Made by a program: the position numbers and the translations under genes. From a virus: a stretch of 64,000 bases of DNA. The stretch covers positions 12,070 to 76,069 of the IMG/VR virus record IMGVR_UViG_3300028837_003734. One strand, 5' to 3'. Shown here piece by piece: positions 16,771 to 26,486 of this stretch (position 1 is the stretch's first letter; each line of letters opens with the position of its first letter). The notes below the pieces were generated by a model. That model was not told the origin of the DNA and did no database searches. It worked only from the letters and a program-made list of their open reading frames with translations.

Positions 16771-18765
16771 ATGTTAGCGACAATTCGGTTATTTAAGGCC
16801 TTGCCAATTAAAACAAAACAAAAAAAATCACCCACTGAAGAATTATTGAAAGAAACTATTAAACGGGGGTTTATCTTTTCCCCGACAGTTATTAGTAACT
16901 ATTCGGAAAGTCAATTACATGAATTCATAAAATTAGTTGGAGAAATAGAAGGGATAACTAAAGAAGAGCTCAACGCCTCTTTTCATAAATCTTGGAAGAA
17001 GGTAAAGGAAGCAGACATAGAGCAGTTGGTTGTAGAGCAGGTTGCCCATTATCTCACGACTTATGGCAAAAAAGACCCCATAAGATATCTATTTCAAAAG
17101 GAACATTTGGAGAATTGGAAAGTACAAAATCTATCTGAAAAAATATTTAGCTTAAAGGATTTTGATACAAGTAAGATTTACGATAAAGATTACGTCTACA
17201 TTCCTAAAGAAATATTGGAAATCCCTGAAATAAATGTAGATGAAATAAAATTGGTAGTTATAAAAGGATATACCAAACATGAAATTAAAGATAAATTGAT
17301 GAAACTGCTTAATTCTGGGATTGCCTTAAAAGAAGACACGATAAATGATGTTGTAGATGTGGCTTTGTTTGTAGATATAAATGAAAAAGAAATCGAGACT
17401 GTAAAAAATAAGGAAGTCAGGGTTATTTTATATGAATATCTGAATCTGATTCCCGAAAAACCTGTCGAATTCCTTCGGTATCTTGTTTATGTTGCAACAG
17501 ATAAAACATTATTGATTAAAAACAAAGAATTAATAGATGAGATAAAGGAAAAGAAGAATATCAAGATTGTTAAACTTTTTAGAGATTATGATAAAAAATA
17601 CGGATTAGAAAAATTAGCGGAAATATTTCTGAGATTCAAGCCCCTATTTTTGGGTTTTCGTACTAATAGAGAATTAAAAACAATTATTAATCGGATAAGG
17701 AAACTTGCCATCAAATATCATCGGCCAATGCCAGAAGACTTTTTAAATTGTGTAACAGCAAAAATCAAAAAGGGTGAGAAAATCGATAGGGATAAATTAG
17801 AAAGTGAATTAGAAAGGGTTAATGTTTGGAGAAAAGTAAGATTGGCTTATGCCTTAAAATTCAGGACGAAAGAAGACATCGACTCGATTTTATACAGAAT
17901 ACGGAATGGAAAAGCGTTCGCTGAAGACTTCTATTTTAAGAACAAAGAGATGGCAAAAAATATTTTAGATATTGTCTTAGATTCTACCATTAAAGACATT
18001 GGGAAAAATCTAAAAGGCAAGAAAATTTATATCCCCGATTTTATGCATTATGCTTTACCTACCTCCTTAAAACAATTCACGGGTAACTTTCCCTCAGGGA
18101 CGTATATCTCTGTTCCACAGGATATGATTGTTGGAATTCATTGGGGAAATGTTAAACATAATAGGATAGATTTAGACCTTTCTTTAATCTCTCCATCAGT
18201 TGGAAAGATTGGCTGGGATGCTAATTATAGGACAAACGAAGGGAATATTTTATTTTCAGGTGATGTTACCGACGCGCGTGAACCTAAAGGGGCTACAGAA
18301 TTATTTTATGTGGAAAGACAATCAAAAGATGAGTTCATCCTTTTCTTAAACTACTTTAATTATGATAGTGAAATAAAAGTCCCTTTTAAAATAATTGTTG
18401 CTAAAGAGAAGGTCAAAAATTTCAGAGAAAATTATATGGTTAATCCCAATAACATTGTTTCAGTTGTCCAGTCTGAGATTAGTCAAAAACAAAAGATACT
18501 GGGATTATTGATTACTACAGTAAATAGAAGTAGATTCTATTTTGCCGAGACATCAATAGGCATGTCAATCACGTCACGTAATAATGAAGTTGCTGAAAAT
18601 GCCAGAAAATATCTTATAAATTTCTATCAGAATAGTATAGAACTCAAAGATATTTTATTGAAAGCTGGAGCTAAATTAGTTGACGATAAGGATAAGAGCG
18701 ATATTGATTTATCTCCTGAAGTATTAGAAAAAGATACAATTTTGAATTTACTAATTGAAAAATAA
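16771..18765 (+). CDS. Large helical (ROT/TROVE-like) + TerD-like domain protein
   Basis: C-terminal GIHW...DLDLS...GW....SGDVTDA...GATE (TerD-like); N-terminal F.KSW..V...EQVAHYLTTYG; long helical middle. Confidence 0.65.
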   Translation: MLATIRLFKALPIKTKQKKSPTEELLKETIKRGFIFSPTVISNYSESQLHEFIKLVGEIEGITKEELNASFHKSWKKVKEADIEQLVVEQVAHYLTTYGKKDPIRYLFQKEHLENWKVQNLSEKIFSLKDFDTSKIYDKDYVYIPKEILEIPEINVDEIKLVVIKGYTKHEIKDKLMKLLNSGIALKEDTINDVVDVALFVDINEKEIETVKNKEVRVILYEYLNLIPEKPVEFLRYLVYVATDKTLLIKNKELIDEIKEKKNIKIVKLFRDYDKKYGLEKLAEIFLRFKPLFLGFRTNRELKTIINRIRKLAIKYHRPMPEDFLNCVTAKIKKGEKIDRDKLESELERVNVWRKVRLAYALKFRTKEDIDSILYRIRNGKAFAEDFYFKNKEMAKNILDIVLDSTIKDIGKNLKGKKIYIPDFMHYALPTSLKQFTGNFPSGTYISVPQDMIVGIHWGNVKHNRIDLDLSLISPSVGKIGWDANYRTNEGNILFSGDVTDAREPKGATELFYVERQSKDEFILFLNYFNYDSEIKVPFKIIVAKEKVKNFRENYMVNPNNIVSVVQSEISQKQKILGLLITTVNRSRFYFAETSIGMSITSRNNEVAENARKYLINFYQNSIELKDILLKAGAKLVDDKDKSDIDLSPEVLEKDTILNLLIEK

Positions 18766-18772
18766 ATATTTA

Positions 18773-18993
18773 CCTGCCCTGCGTGCATTGCGGTAACAAT
18801 GCTGAAAGTGGAACTAAGGTTAACCGGCGAAAGGGCGTCGTCTTAGTCTGGGATAAGTTACTAAATGTCGGCCAGAGGCTAAGTCCCGACCGTCTTGCAA
18901 AGGTTAGTAGCTGGATATTGCCTTTGCGTAGCGACCCTAAAAATGCGTTGGCGGAAAAAAGTAACAAAGCAGGTTTAACCCTGTCAGGGCAGG
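18773..18993 (+). ncRNA. ~220-nt GC-rich structured RNA (raiA-motif/GOLLD-3'-domain-like candidate)
   Basis: 9-bp terminal stem CCTGCCCTG/CAGGGCAGG, GCATTG/CAATGC hairpin, T-arm-like 3' hairpin; GC content above flanks. Confidence 0.65.
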
Positions 18994-19082
18994 CGAAAAA
19001 GAAATAGAAAGAATAATTACAAATTTTCGTGATGCCATATTAAACTATAATAATCAAAATTGGGAACGGAAAAAGGGGCTAG

Positions 19083-19349
19083 ATGATAATAATATTTAGG
19101 AGTCTGTCTATCGCTATACTTATTTGGATGCTAATATTTTTTCTACATGGCTTCTTTAGAGAGCTTTATAAGATTTTAAAAGAAAGATATGAAGATTGGG
19201 AAAATAAGAAAAGGATTTTACATGAAGTAGACAAATTAATTAAAGAAGGTTTTTTTGAGCGGGAAAATAGAAAAAAAGGAAGTATGAGAATAACGGTAAA
19301 AGGAAATAAAATAGTTATAAAAGAAGAAAAAGGGGGAATAAGGGAATAA
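19083..19349 (+). CDS. Membrane-anchored hypothetical protein
   Basis: N-terminal TM helix. Confidence 0.55.
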   Translation: MIIIFRSLSIAILIWMLIFFLHGFFRELYKILKERYEDWENKKRILHEVDKLIKEGFFERENRKKGSMRITVKGNKIVIKEEKGGIRE

Positions 19350-19374
19350 CAATAACAATGGATTGATTCTGTTT

Positions 19375-19403
19375 TTGACAGAAATCAATTAGTTTGATAA
19401 AAT
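19375..19403 (+). promoter_or_regulatory. Sigma70-like promoter of the DNA-modification block
   Basis: TTGACA-N17-TAAAAT. Confidence 0.7.
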
Positions 19404-19445
19404 TCAATTAGACAATCGAATAAGATAAGGTCTAAAAGTTAGGTC

Positions 19446-19505
19446 AATGGCCTAGGCTCTTTAGGATTATTTAAGAATAATTTGAAAGGGTTTAGGTCAT
19501 TTTTT
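19446..19505 (+). terminator. Long leader hairpin with T-run (attenuator-like)
   Basis: AATGGCCTAGGCTCTTT...AAAGGGTTTAGGTCATT followed by TTTT. Confidence 0.55.
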
Positions 19506-19527
19506 ATTTCTTAGGAGTAAACCATCA

Positions 19528-20223
19528 ATGGACAATAGAAGGCATGTAGTTAATGTATCAGGGGGTAAAGATAGTGTAGCGATGTTGCTTAGAATGTTAG
19601 AGCTGGGCCAAAGAGTTGACGAGATCCTATTTATGGACTCTCAATTGGAATTATCAGATACCTACAAATATATAGATAAGTTAGAAAATCATATCGGAAG
19701 GAAGATAACCAGACTAAGGTCGGAAAAGAATTTTTTTAGGCTTTTCTATACTCTAATTACTCGAGGCAAGATGGAAGGAAGAATCAGAGGTTTCCCCATG
19801 GTAAATTTCCCTTGCTGGTGGGAGCGGGACGGCAAGGGCAAGATAATGGACCGACATAATCGAGGGCAGATTGTCTATGTAGGATATGCAGCAGACGAGG
19901 AGAGGAGACTGAAAAGATTTTCTGATAAAGGTAAAAATATTGAATTTAGGTTCCCTTTGATCGAATGGGGATGGGAAGAGAAGGATTGTTTTAAATATCT
20001 AGAAAAGAAGGCCCTAGTTAATCCCATTTACAGGCAGGGATATAAGAGAAATGGCTGCTGGTTATGCCCCAGGCAAAACAAAGAAGCTCTGAGATGCTTA
20101 TATAATAATTATCCGAATTTATGGAGAATATTAAGGACATTGGAAGAAGATAGCCCCTTGGGATTCGGGTTTCATTCTCCTCTGAATAAGCTTGAGGAGG
20201 AATGGAATAAGAAATATTTTTAA
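19528..20223 (+). CDS. PAPS-reductase-family (adenine nucleotide alpha-hydrolase) protein
   Basis: SGGKDS PP-loop, GYAADE..R, FPL, RNGCWLCP. Confidence 0.85.
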   Translation: MDNRRHVVNVSGGKDSVAMLLRMLELGQRVDEILFMDSQLELSDTYKYIDKLENHIGRKITRLRSEKNFFRLFYTLITRGKMEGRIRGFPMVNFPCWWERDGKGKIMDRHNRGQIVYVGYAADEERRLKRFSDKGKNIEFRFPLIEWGWEEKDCFKYLEKKALVNPIYRQGYKRNGCWLCPRQNKEALRCLYNNYPNLWRILRTLEEDSPLGFGFHSPLNKLEEEWNKKYF

Positions 20224-20242
20224 AACTAGGGAGATATTTTGA

Positions 20243-21679
20243 ATGAAATATCCCGAAGATTTTATAAATAAAATAATATGTACTGATTGCCGGGAAGGCA
20301 TGAGAGATATTCTGGATGGGAGTATTGATTTGATGGTAACGGATCCCCCTTATGGTTACGCATTCATGCAACGGAATTGGGATAAAGCTTTAGTAAATAT
20401 GGGCACTTGGAGGGAATGTTTAAGGGTGTTAAAACCAGGAGCCTTTGCCTTTATTATGTGTGCTCCCAGACAAGACGTATTAAGCAGACAGATAATAAAT
20501 CTAGAGGAAGCGGGATTTATAACTGGATTTACAAGTCTATATTGGGCCTATGCCAGTGGTTTCCCGAAGGCAAGTAATATTGGGAAAATGGTAGATAAGA
20601 GATTGGGAGTAGAAAGAGAAAATGGAATTAAAGTACCTAGACACTATCCGGACCAACAGCATTGGGGGAAACCTACAAGTAGAAACATAATAGCACCATT
20701 TACTCCAGGCGGAAAATATGAAGGAGAAATTGAAATTGCTATGAAAGAAATAACAATTCCCGCTACTCCCCAAGCTAAAGTTCTAGATGGCTCTTACAGT
20801 GGATTCCAACCTAAACCTGCAGTAGAAGTTATCCTTGTGGTGATGAAACCATTATCAGAGAAAACTTATATGGAGCAGGCCCTAAAGAATAGGAAAGGGA
20901 TAACTTGGCTTGATAAGGGGAGGATACCTTATAAGGGGAAAAATGATTTTATAATTTCCCACCATAATAAACAATTAAAAGAGAAGGATAAATCAACGGG
21001 AATGTTTGGAGCTACAAATGGATTCGGATTACTCGAATCAAATATATCCCAAGGCCGTTTCCCTGCCAATCTTTTAGTAAGTGATGATGTATTAAATGAT
21101 GGAAATAAACATTCATCAAAACATACTCGATTACGAGAACGATTTAAACAGTATAGACAGAGAAGCAATATTTATATGGATACAAATAAGATGCTTAATT
21201 GGAAGAATATTTATTACGATTCTGGCTCATTTTCTCGTTATTTTGACCTCGATAAGTGGTGGGTAGAGAAGATCAAACAACTACCTGAATCAGTCCAAAA
21301 GACTTTTCCTTTTCTAATTGTGCCAAAGGCAAGCAAGACTGAGAAGAACAGAGGATGTGAGAAATTAGAGGAGAAAGCAAGGGCAAATATAAATAAAATG
21401 ATGGGAGAAGCAGGGAATTTTAAAACTGGGAGTGGCAATGTAAGGACTGTTAAATTTAAAAACCACCATCCCACCGTGAAACCAATCAAACTAATGAGCT
21501 ATTTAATTATTTTAGGCAGCCGTACAAATGATATTATACTGGATCCCTTTGTAGGAAGCGGGACGACTTGTATTGCAGCTAAGATGCTAAACAGAAGATA
21601 TATCGGATTTGATAATGACGGGGGATATGTCGAGATTGCACGGTCTAGAGTAAGAGCGATAGAAGCAGTTTTAATTTAA
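20243..21679 (+). CDS. N6/N4 DNA methyltransferase (beta class)
   Basis: TDPPY, HPTVKP, DPFVGSGTT. Confidence 0.92.
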   Translation: MKYPEDFINKIICTDCREGMRDILDGSIDLMVTDPPYGYAFMQRNWDKALVNMGTWRECLRVLKPGAFAFIMCAPRQDVLSRQIINLEEAGFITGFTSLYWAYASGFPKASNIGKMVDKRLGVERENGIKVPRHYPDQQHWGKPTSRNIIAPFTPGGKYEGEIEIAMKEITIPATPQAKVLDGSYSGFQPKPAVEVILVVMKPLSEKTYMEQALKNRKGITWLDKGRIPYKGKNDFIISHHNKQLKEKDKSTGMFGATNGFGLLESNISQGRFPANLLVSDDVLNDGNKHSSKHTRLRERFKQYRQRSNIYMDTNKMLNWKNIYYDSGSFSRYFDLDKWWVEKIKQLPESVQKTFPFLIVPKASKTEKNRGCEKLEEKARANINKMMGEAGNFKTGSGNVRTVKFKNHHPTVKPIKLMSYLIILGSRTNDIILDPFVGSGTTCIAAKMLNRRYIGFDNDGGYVEIARSRVRAIEAVLI

Positions 21680-21717
21680 ATGATATTCTTTGGGTATTTT
21701 TGAGGAAATTATAACCA

Positions 21718-22344
21718 ATGTCAAAAATAATTCTTGATTTATGCGGTGGAACAGGGGCTTGGAGTAAAAAATATAAAGAGGCTGGATATATCGTGATAAA
21801 TGTTACTTTACCTTTTTATGATGTTTTAAAGACTGAGATAAAAGGCAAATATATAATCTTCAAAGGTGGGATCGAAAAACCGCTCAGGTTTAGGATTGAT
21901 GATATCTATGGAATATTAGCCTCACCTGTTTGTACTATGTTTAGCCTGGCTAGGACAAGTGCTAAAACACCGAGAGATTTTAGGCAAGGTATGGAATTGG
22001 TAATAGCCTGCCTAAATATAATTTGGGAATGCCGTTATGATCATAAATTAGCTTTTTGGTGTTTAGAAAATCCGATGGGCTATTTAAGACAATTTTTAGG
22101 TAAGCCGGTATTTACTTTTGACCCTTGCGACTTTGGGGATTCTTACACGAAAAAAACTGATTTATGGGGATACTTTAATATACCAAAAAAGAAGCCAGTA
22201 GAACCTATTTTTGTTACAGACAGTAAGAGTAGAAAGAGATATAGCCAAATACATTTTTCGGCCGGAAGTGGTCAAAAATCCAAAATGTTAAGAAGCATTA
22301 CCCCATCGGGTTTTGCTCGAGCATTCTTTGAAACGAATAAATAA
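21718..22344 (+). CDS. Short C5-cytosine methyltransferase-like protein
   Basis: LDLCGGTGAWS, ASPVCTMFS, LENP. Confidence 0.75.
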   Translation: MSKIILDLCGGTGAWSKKYKEAGYIVINVTLPFYDVLKTEIKGKYIIFKGGIEKPLRFRIDDIYGILASPVCTMFSLARTSAKTPRDFRQGMELVIACLNIIWECRYDHKLAFWCLENPMGYLRQFLGKPVFTFDPCDFGDSYTKKTDLWGYFNIPKKKPVEPIFVTDSKSRKRYSQIHFSAGSGQKSKMLRSITPSGFARAFFETNK

Positions 22345-22381
22345 ATGATGGCTCGGGATCTCGACTAAAGGAAGTTTATCA

Positions 22382-23995
22382 ATGATTAATACAATAATTT
22401 TAGGACACGCTTTAGATGTCTTACCACAATTACCAGCAGAATCAGTCAGTTGTATCACTACCTCGCCACCTTATTGGGGTCTCCGGGATTATGGAATTGA
22501 GCCGGTAATATGGGATGGGGATAAAAACTGTAAGCATGACTTTGGCGAATATAACTCAAAATTGTTACATGAAAATAGGCAAAATTTAGATGGTGGCACG
22601 TTAGGCAATCCAAAATATAGAGAAAATCTGCATGGTTTTGGTAATGCAAAAGCAGGATTTTGCTCTAAATGCGGAGCTTGGCGCGGTAGCCTTGGCCTTG
22701 AACCGACCTTTGAATTGTATGTAAAGCATTTATGCAACATCTTTGACAGAGTAAAACGGGTATTAAGGAAAGACGGAACCTGCTGGGTAAATATAGGAGA
22801 CAGCTATGGAGGCAGTGGGAATGCTTCAGGACACAGAGAGGACACAAGAAATTTAGGCTATAAAACTTCAGAGATGGGAGCTACTAAGGGTAATCAAAAA
22901 ACTACTAGACAATATGCTAAAAGTTTATTGGATATCCCCTATCGCTTTTCAATAGAGATGATTAACCGGGGTTGGATCAAGAGGAATACAATTATCTGGT
23001 GGAAACCGAATTGTATGCCTGCAAGTGCAAATGACCGGTTTACCATAGATTTTGAATATTTATTTTTCTTTACCAAAAACAATAAAGCTATATTCTGGAC
23101 CAACGAAAAGACTTTAGAATGTGTAGATAAAAAACCACTGGGAATTAAGGGGGTAGAGGGAGAAGACTGGGAATGGAGACTAATCGGAGAAAATTATAAT
23201 ACTAAAATAAGCAGGGAGGATGCTGAAAGATATAATTCTCTTAAAGCAAGAAAATATAGAAAGAAAGAATGGAAAAAGGTTTCATTATGGAAAGGACATG
23301 ATTATTGGTTTGAGCAGCAGTTTGATAAATATGCACTTAGTACGTTACCTCGGATGAAAAGAGGAGTCAACGTTAATAAATGGACATTCGGGGCTGATGG
23401 ACAGACCCCACATAATTTGAGCCAACCGAGATTAAATAAGAAGAGGGGATACAAAACAAAGCAGCCGGAGAAGGAAATACAAGGACCGCAATATCATGGC
23501 AAAGATATCAGTTATGGCAAACAAGGCCGCAATAAACGTTGTGTCTGGAAGATACCAACAAAAAGTTTTAAGGCAACCCATTTTGCAACTTTCCCCGAAA
23601 CATTAATCGAACCGATTATTAAAGCAGGATGCCCTGAATTTGTCTGTAAGAAGTGTGGGAAGGCAAGGTTAAGGATATATAAGTTTACAGGAAAGTATGA
23701 AAAATGTGGGGGCAAAGATAGCATAACAGCAGAGAAAATACATAAAGCTAGTCCCACAAGCACATTATTGACCGGTAAGAGAAAAGTTAATGAAGAAATT
23801 GGTTACACTAACTGTGGCTGCGATGCAGGTTTTGAGGGCGGTATAGTTTTAGATCCCTTTATGGGGGCCGGGACTACCGCGTTGGTAGCCTTAAAACAGA
23901 GAAAAAGATTTATAGGGATTGAAATAAAGCGAGAATATATAGATATGACAAATAGGAGAATCAGAAAGGTTCAGCAAGAATTCAATTTAGGATGA
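22382..23995 (+). CDS. N4/N6 DNA methyltransferase with zinc-ribbon inserts
   Basis: TSPPYW, HFATFP, DPFMGAGTT. Confidence 0.92.
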   Translation: MINTIILGHALDVLPQLPAESVSCITTSPPYWGLRDYGIEPVIWDGDKNCKHDFGEYNSKLLHENRQNLDGGTLGNPKYRENLHGFGNAKAGFCSKCGAWRGSLGLEPTFELYVKHLCNIFDRVKRVLRKDGTCWVNIGDSYGGSGNASGHREDTRNLGYKTSEMGATKGNQKTTRQYAKSLLDIPYRFSIEMINRGWIKRNTIIWWKPNCMPASANDRFTIDFEYLFFFTKNNKAIFWTNEKTLECVDKKPLGIKGVEGEDWEWRLIGENYNTKISREDAERYNSLKARKYRKKEWKKVSLWKGHDYWFEQQFDKYALSTLPRMKRGVNVNKWTFGADGQTPHNLSQPRLNKKRGYKTKQPEKEIQGPQYHGKDISYGKQGRNKRCVWKIPTKSFKATHFATFPETLIEPIIKAGCPEFVCKKCGKARLRIYKFTGKYEKCGGKDSITAEKIHKASPTSTLLTGKRKVNEEIGYTNCGCDAGFEGGIVLDPFMGAGTTALVALKQRKRFIGIEIKREYIDMTNRRIRKVQQEFNLG

Positions 23996-24955
23996 TGCAA
24001 AAGGAGGTTGAAATCGAGTTAGAATTTATCGAATTATTTGCAGGGATAGGGGGTTTTAGATATGGACTTGAAAATTGTAGAAATGTTTTACAAAGCAAGA
24101 CTGCCAAGAATATACAAAAAACTATGCCCTGCGTTGAGAAAGGGGAGGCAAGGTTTGCTTGTGTTTTTGCCAACGAATGGGATAAATACGCCTGCAAAAT
24201 CTACCGAAAAAACTTTGGGGAAGGAGAATTATATGAAGGAGACATTAGAAAAATCCCAGCCGGGTCTATTCCAAACCACGACCTTCTCACTGCGGGATTC
24301 CCTTGTTAGGCTTTTCTCAATTGCTGGAAAACGAAAAGGATTCAACGATACTCGCGGAACTCTGTTCTTCGAAATATGCAGGATTGCGGAAATTAAGAAA
24401 CCTCGTTTACTTCTGCTTGAAAACGTCAAAGGGCTACTTAATCACAAAAAGGGGGACACTTTTAGAATTATCCTCGATTCGCTTTCAGAATTGGGGTATG
24501 ACTGTGAATGGGAGGTGTTTAACAGCAAGAATTTCGGAGTCCCGCATAACAGGGAAAGGGTGTTCATTGTCGGACATCTTAGAGGAAGAAGCGGACAAAA
24601 AATATTTCCTATCGGAGGAATCAGAGAAGCTCCTCGTAAACAGGATGGGATTGACTTTAAGATAATACACAATATATATGGAGGCTTCGGGGAAAAAACG
24701 GTTAGAGAATTTAAAAAATATTCTCCAACAATTAGGACATCCAAGGGCGGAGGACACCTGCCCATGATAGTGAAAGATAATAAAATACGAAAGATAACCC
24801 CGATAGAATGTGAAAGATTACAAGGCTTTCCTGATAACTGGACGAAAGGAATAAGTGATATTCAGAGATTAAAGTGTTTAGGGAATGCAGTTACAGTGAA
24901 TGTGGTTGAAGAGATAGGAAAGAGAATTGCCAAAGTTCAGCAGGAGATATTTTAA
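23992..24955 (+). pseudogene. Disrupted C5-cytosine DNA methyltransferase
   Basis: Motif I ELFAGIGG and GFPC end at TAG 24307-24309; FSIAG, ENVKG, RER, RLQGFP and GNAV continue in the +1 frame. Confidence 0.85.
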
Positions 24956-25789
24956 ATGAAGTATCCTGAAGATTTTATAAATAGAATAATATGTGGGGAC
25001 CATTTAATAGCAATTAAAGATATTCTCAATGATGTAATTGATTTAACAGTAACAAGTCCACCCTATGAGGAATTGAGAGACTATAGAGGGTTTATATTTG
25101 ATCATAAAAAATTGATAAAAGAATTGTTTAGAATTACTAAGATAGGTGGGGTATTGGTTTGGGTGGTAGGAGACCAAACCATTGATGGTAGCGAATCAGG
25201 TAATTCTTTTCGGCAAGCTCTTTACGCTAAAGAGATTGGATTTAATTTACACGATACAATGATTTATGAGAAGAATAATTGCAGATACCCAGCAGGAAAA
25301 AGATCTGTAAGATATAGTAATTTTTTTGAATATATGTTTGTATTTTCAAAAGAAAAACCTAAAACAATAAATCTTATTAAAGATAGAAAAAATAGATGGG
25401 CAGGAACTAAAGGCTTTGGTTTACAAAGTTTTAGGCAGAAAAATGGGTCATTATTAAGGGAAAATCATAATGAAATTTCAAGAAGAAAGAGGACCGATTT
25501 TTATGGATGTAGGAGTAATATCTGGCGTATGAATACAGGATATGGATATAGCACAAAAGACAAAATAGCTTTTGAACATCCTGCAATATTTCCAGAACAG
25601 CTAGCACAAGACCATATAATCAGTTGGAGCGATAAAAATGATATTGTTTTAGATCCGATGTGTGGAAGCGGAACAACTTGCAAGATGGCAAAAAAATTGG
25701 GTAGGAGATTTATTGGAATTGATATAGGTCCAGAATATTGTGAAATTGCAAGAAAAAGGGTTAATTCTATTCCAGAATCTTTATTTTAG
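24956..25789 (+). CDS. N4/N6 DNA methyltransferase
   Basis: TSPPY, HPAIFP, DPMCGSGTT. Confidence 0.92.
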   Translation: MKYPEDFINRIICGDHLIAIKDILNDVIDLTVTSPPYEELRDYRGFIFDHKKLIKELFRITKIGGVLVWVVGDQTIDGSESGNSFRQALYAKEIGFNLHDTMIYEKNNCRYPAGKRSVRYSNFFEYMFVFSKEKPKTINLIKDRKNRWAGTKGFGLQSFRQKNGSLLRENHNEISRRKRTDFYGCRSNIWRMNTGYGYSTKDKIAFEHPAIFPEQLAQDHIISWSDKNDIVLDPMCGSGTTCKMAKKLGRRFIGIDIGPEYCEIARKRVNSIPESLF

Positions 25790-25798
25790 AGGTTAGTT

Positions 25799-25990
25799 AT
25801 GGAAAAAATAAAAATAGAATTCATGGCGAGTCTTCCACCGATACAGTCGGCAATAAATATTGACGGCCAGGGAGATGGGGCGAGGATAAAGCTGGATATC
25901 CCGGCAAGCGAGATGGAACAGGTAATAGAATTGCAAAAATTAACTAGGAAGTCCTTTAAAGTTATTATCGAGGAGATGTCAGATTATTGA
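25799..25990 (+). CDS. Hypothetical protein
   Basis: ORF with SD. Confidence 0.6.
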   Translation: MEKIKIEFMASLPPIQSAINIDGQGDGARIKLDIPASEMEQVIELQKLTRKSFKVIIEEMSDY

Positions 25991-26005
25991 GGTGAGATCT
26001 AGATA

Positions 26006-26425
26006 ATGCATGAATCAAATGAGATGGAAATGGAAAAAAGAATATTAGAGGTATCGGGGATGCTCTTAAGTGGATTATCTACCAAAGAAATACTTCACTA
26101 TGCTTCACAAAATTGGGGTGTTTCAGATAGGCAAATCAAAACATATATAAGGCGTTGCTATACCTTGTGGCGTCGAGATTTTCAGAAGAAGAGAAAAGCG
26201 GGTTTAGACTATCATTTGGCTAAACGAGAAGTCCTATATAATAAAAATTTTAAGAGGGGGGATTTTAACGCTTGTTTGGAAATTGCTAAGGATGAAGCGA
26301 GATTGGAAGGATTATACGTAGAACGAAAAGAAGTTGGGACTCCTGGCTCTTTTGCAGAATGGGTCAAAGCGGTAAAAGAGGAGAAGGAAAGGAGACGAAA
26401 GAAAAATTCTAGCTCAAATAGATGA
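26006..26425 (+). CDS. Terminase small subunit
   Basis: HTH-like N-terminus (WGVSDRQIKTYI); directly upstream of TerL. Confidence 0.75.
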   Translation: MHESNEMEMEKRILEVSGMLLSGLSTKEILHYASQNWGVSDRQIKTYIRRCYTLWRRDFQKKRKAGLDYHLAKREVLYNKNFKRGDFNACLEIAKDEARLEGLYVERKEVGTPGSFAEWVKAVKEEKERRRKKNSSSNR

Positions 26426-26486
26426 AAAAGATATACATCTATACGATGAATATGATAATGACTGGAATAAGTTTGCCAGGGATGGT

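Noticed and set aside
18770-19007. ORFs on both strands over the GC-rich island
   Set aside because: No SD, atypical composition; better explained as structured RNA
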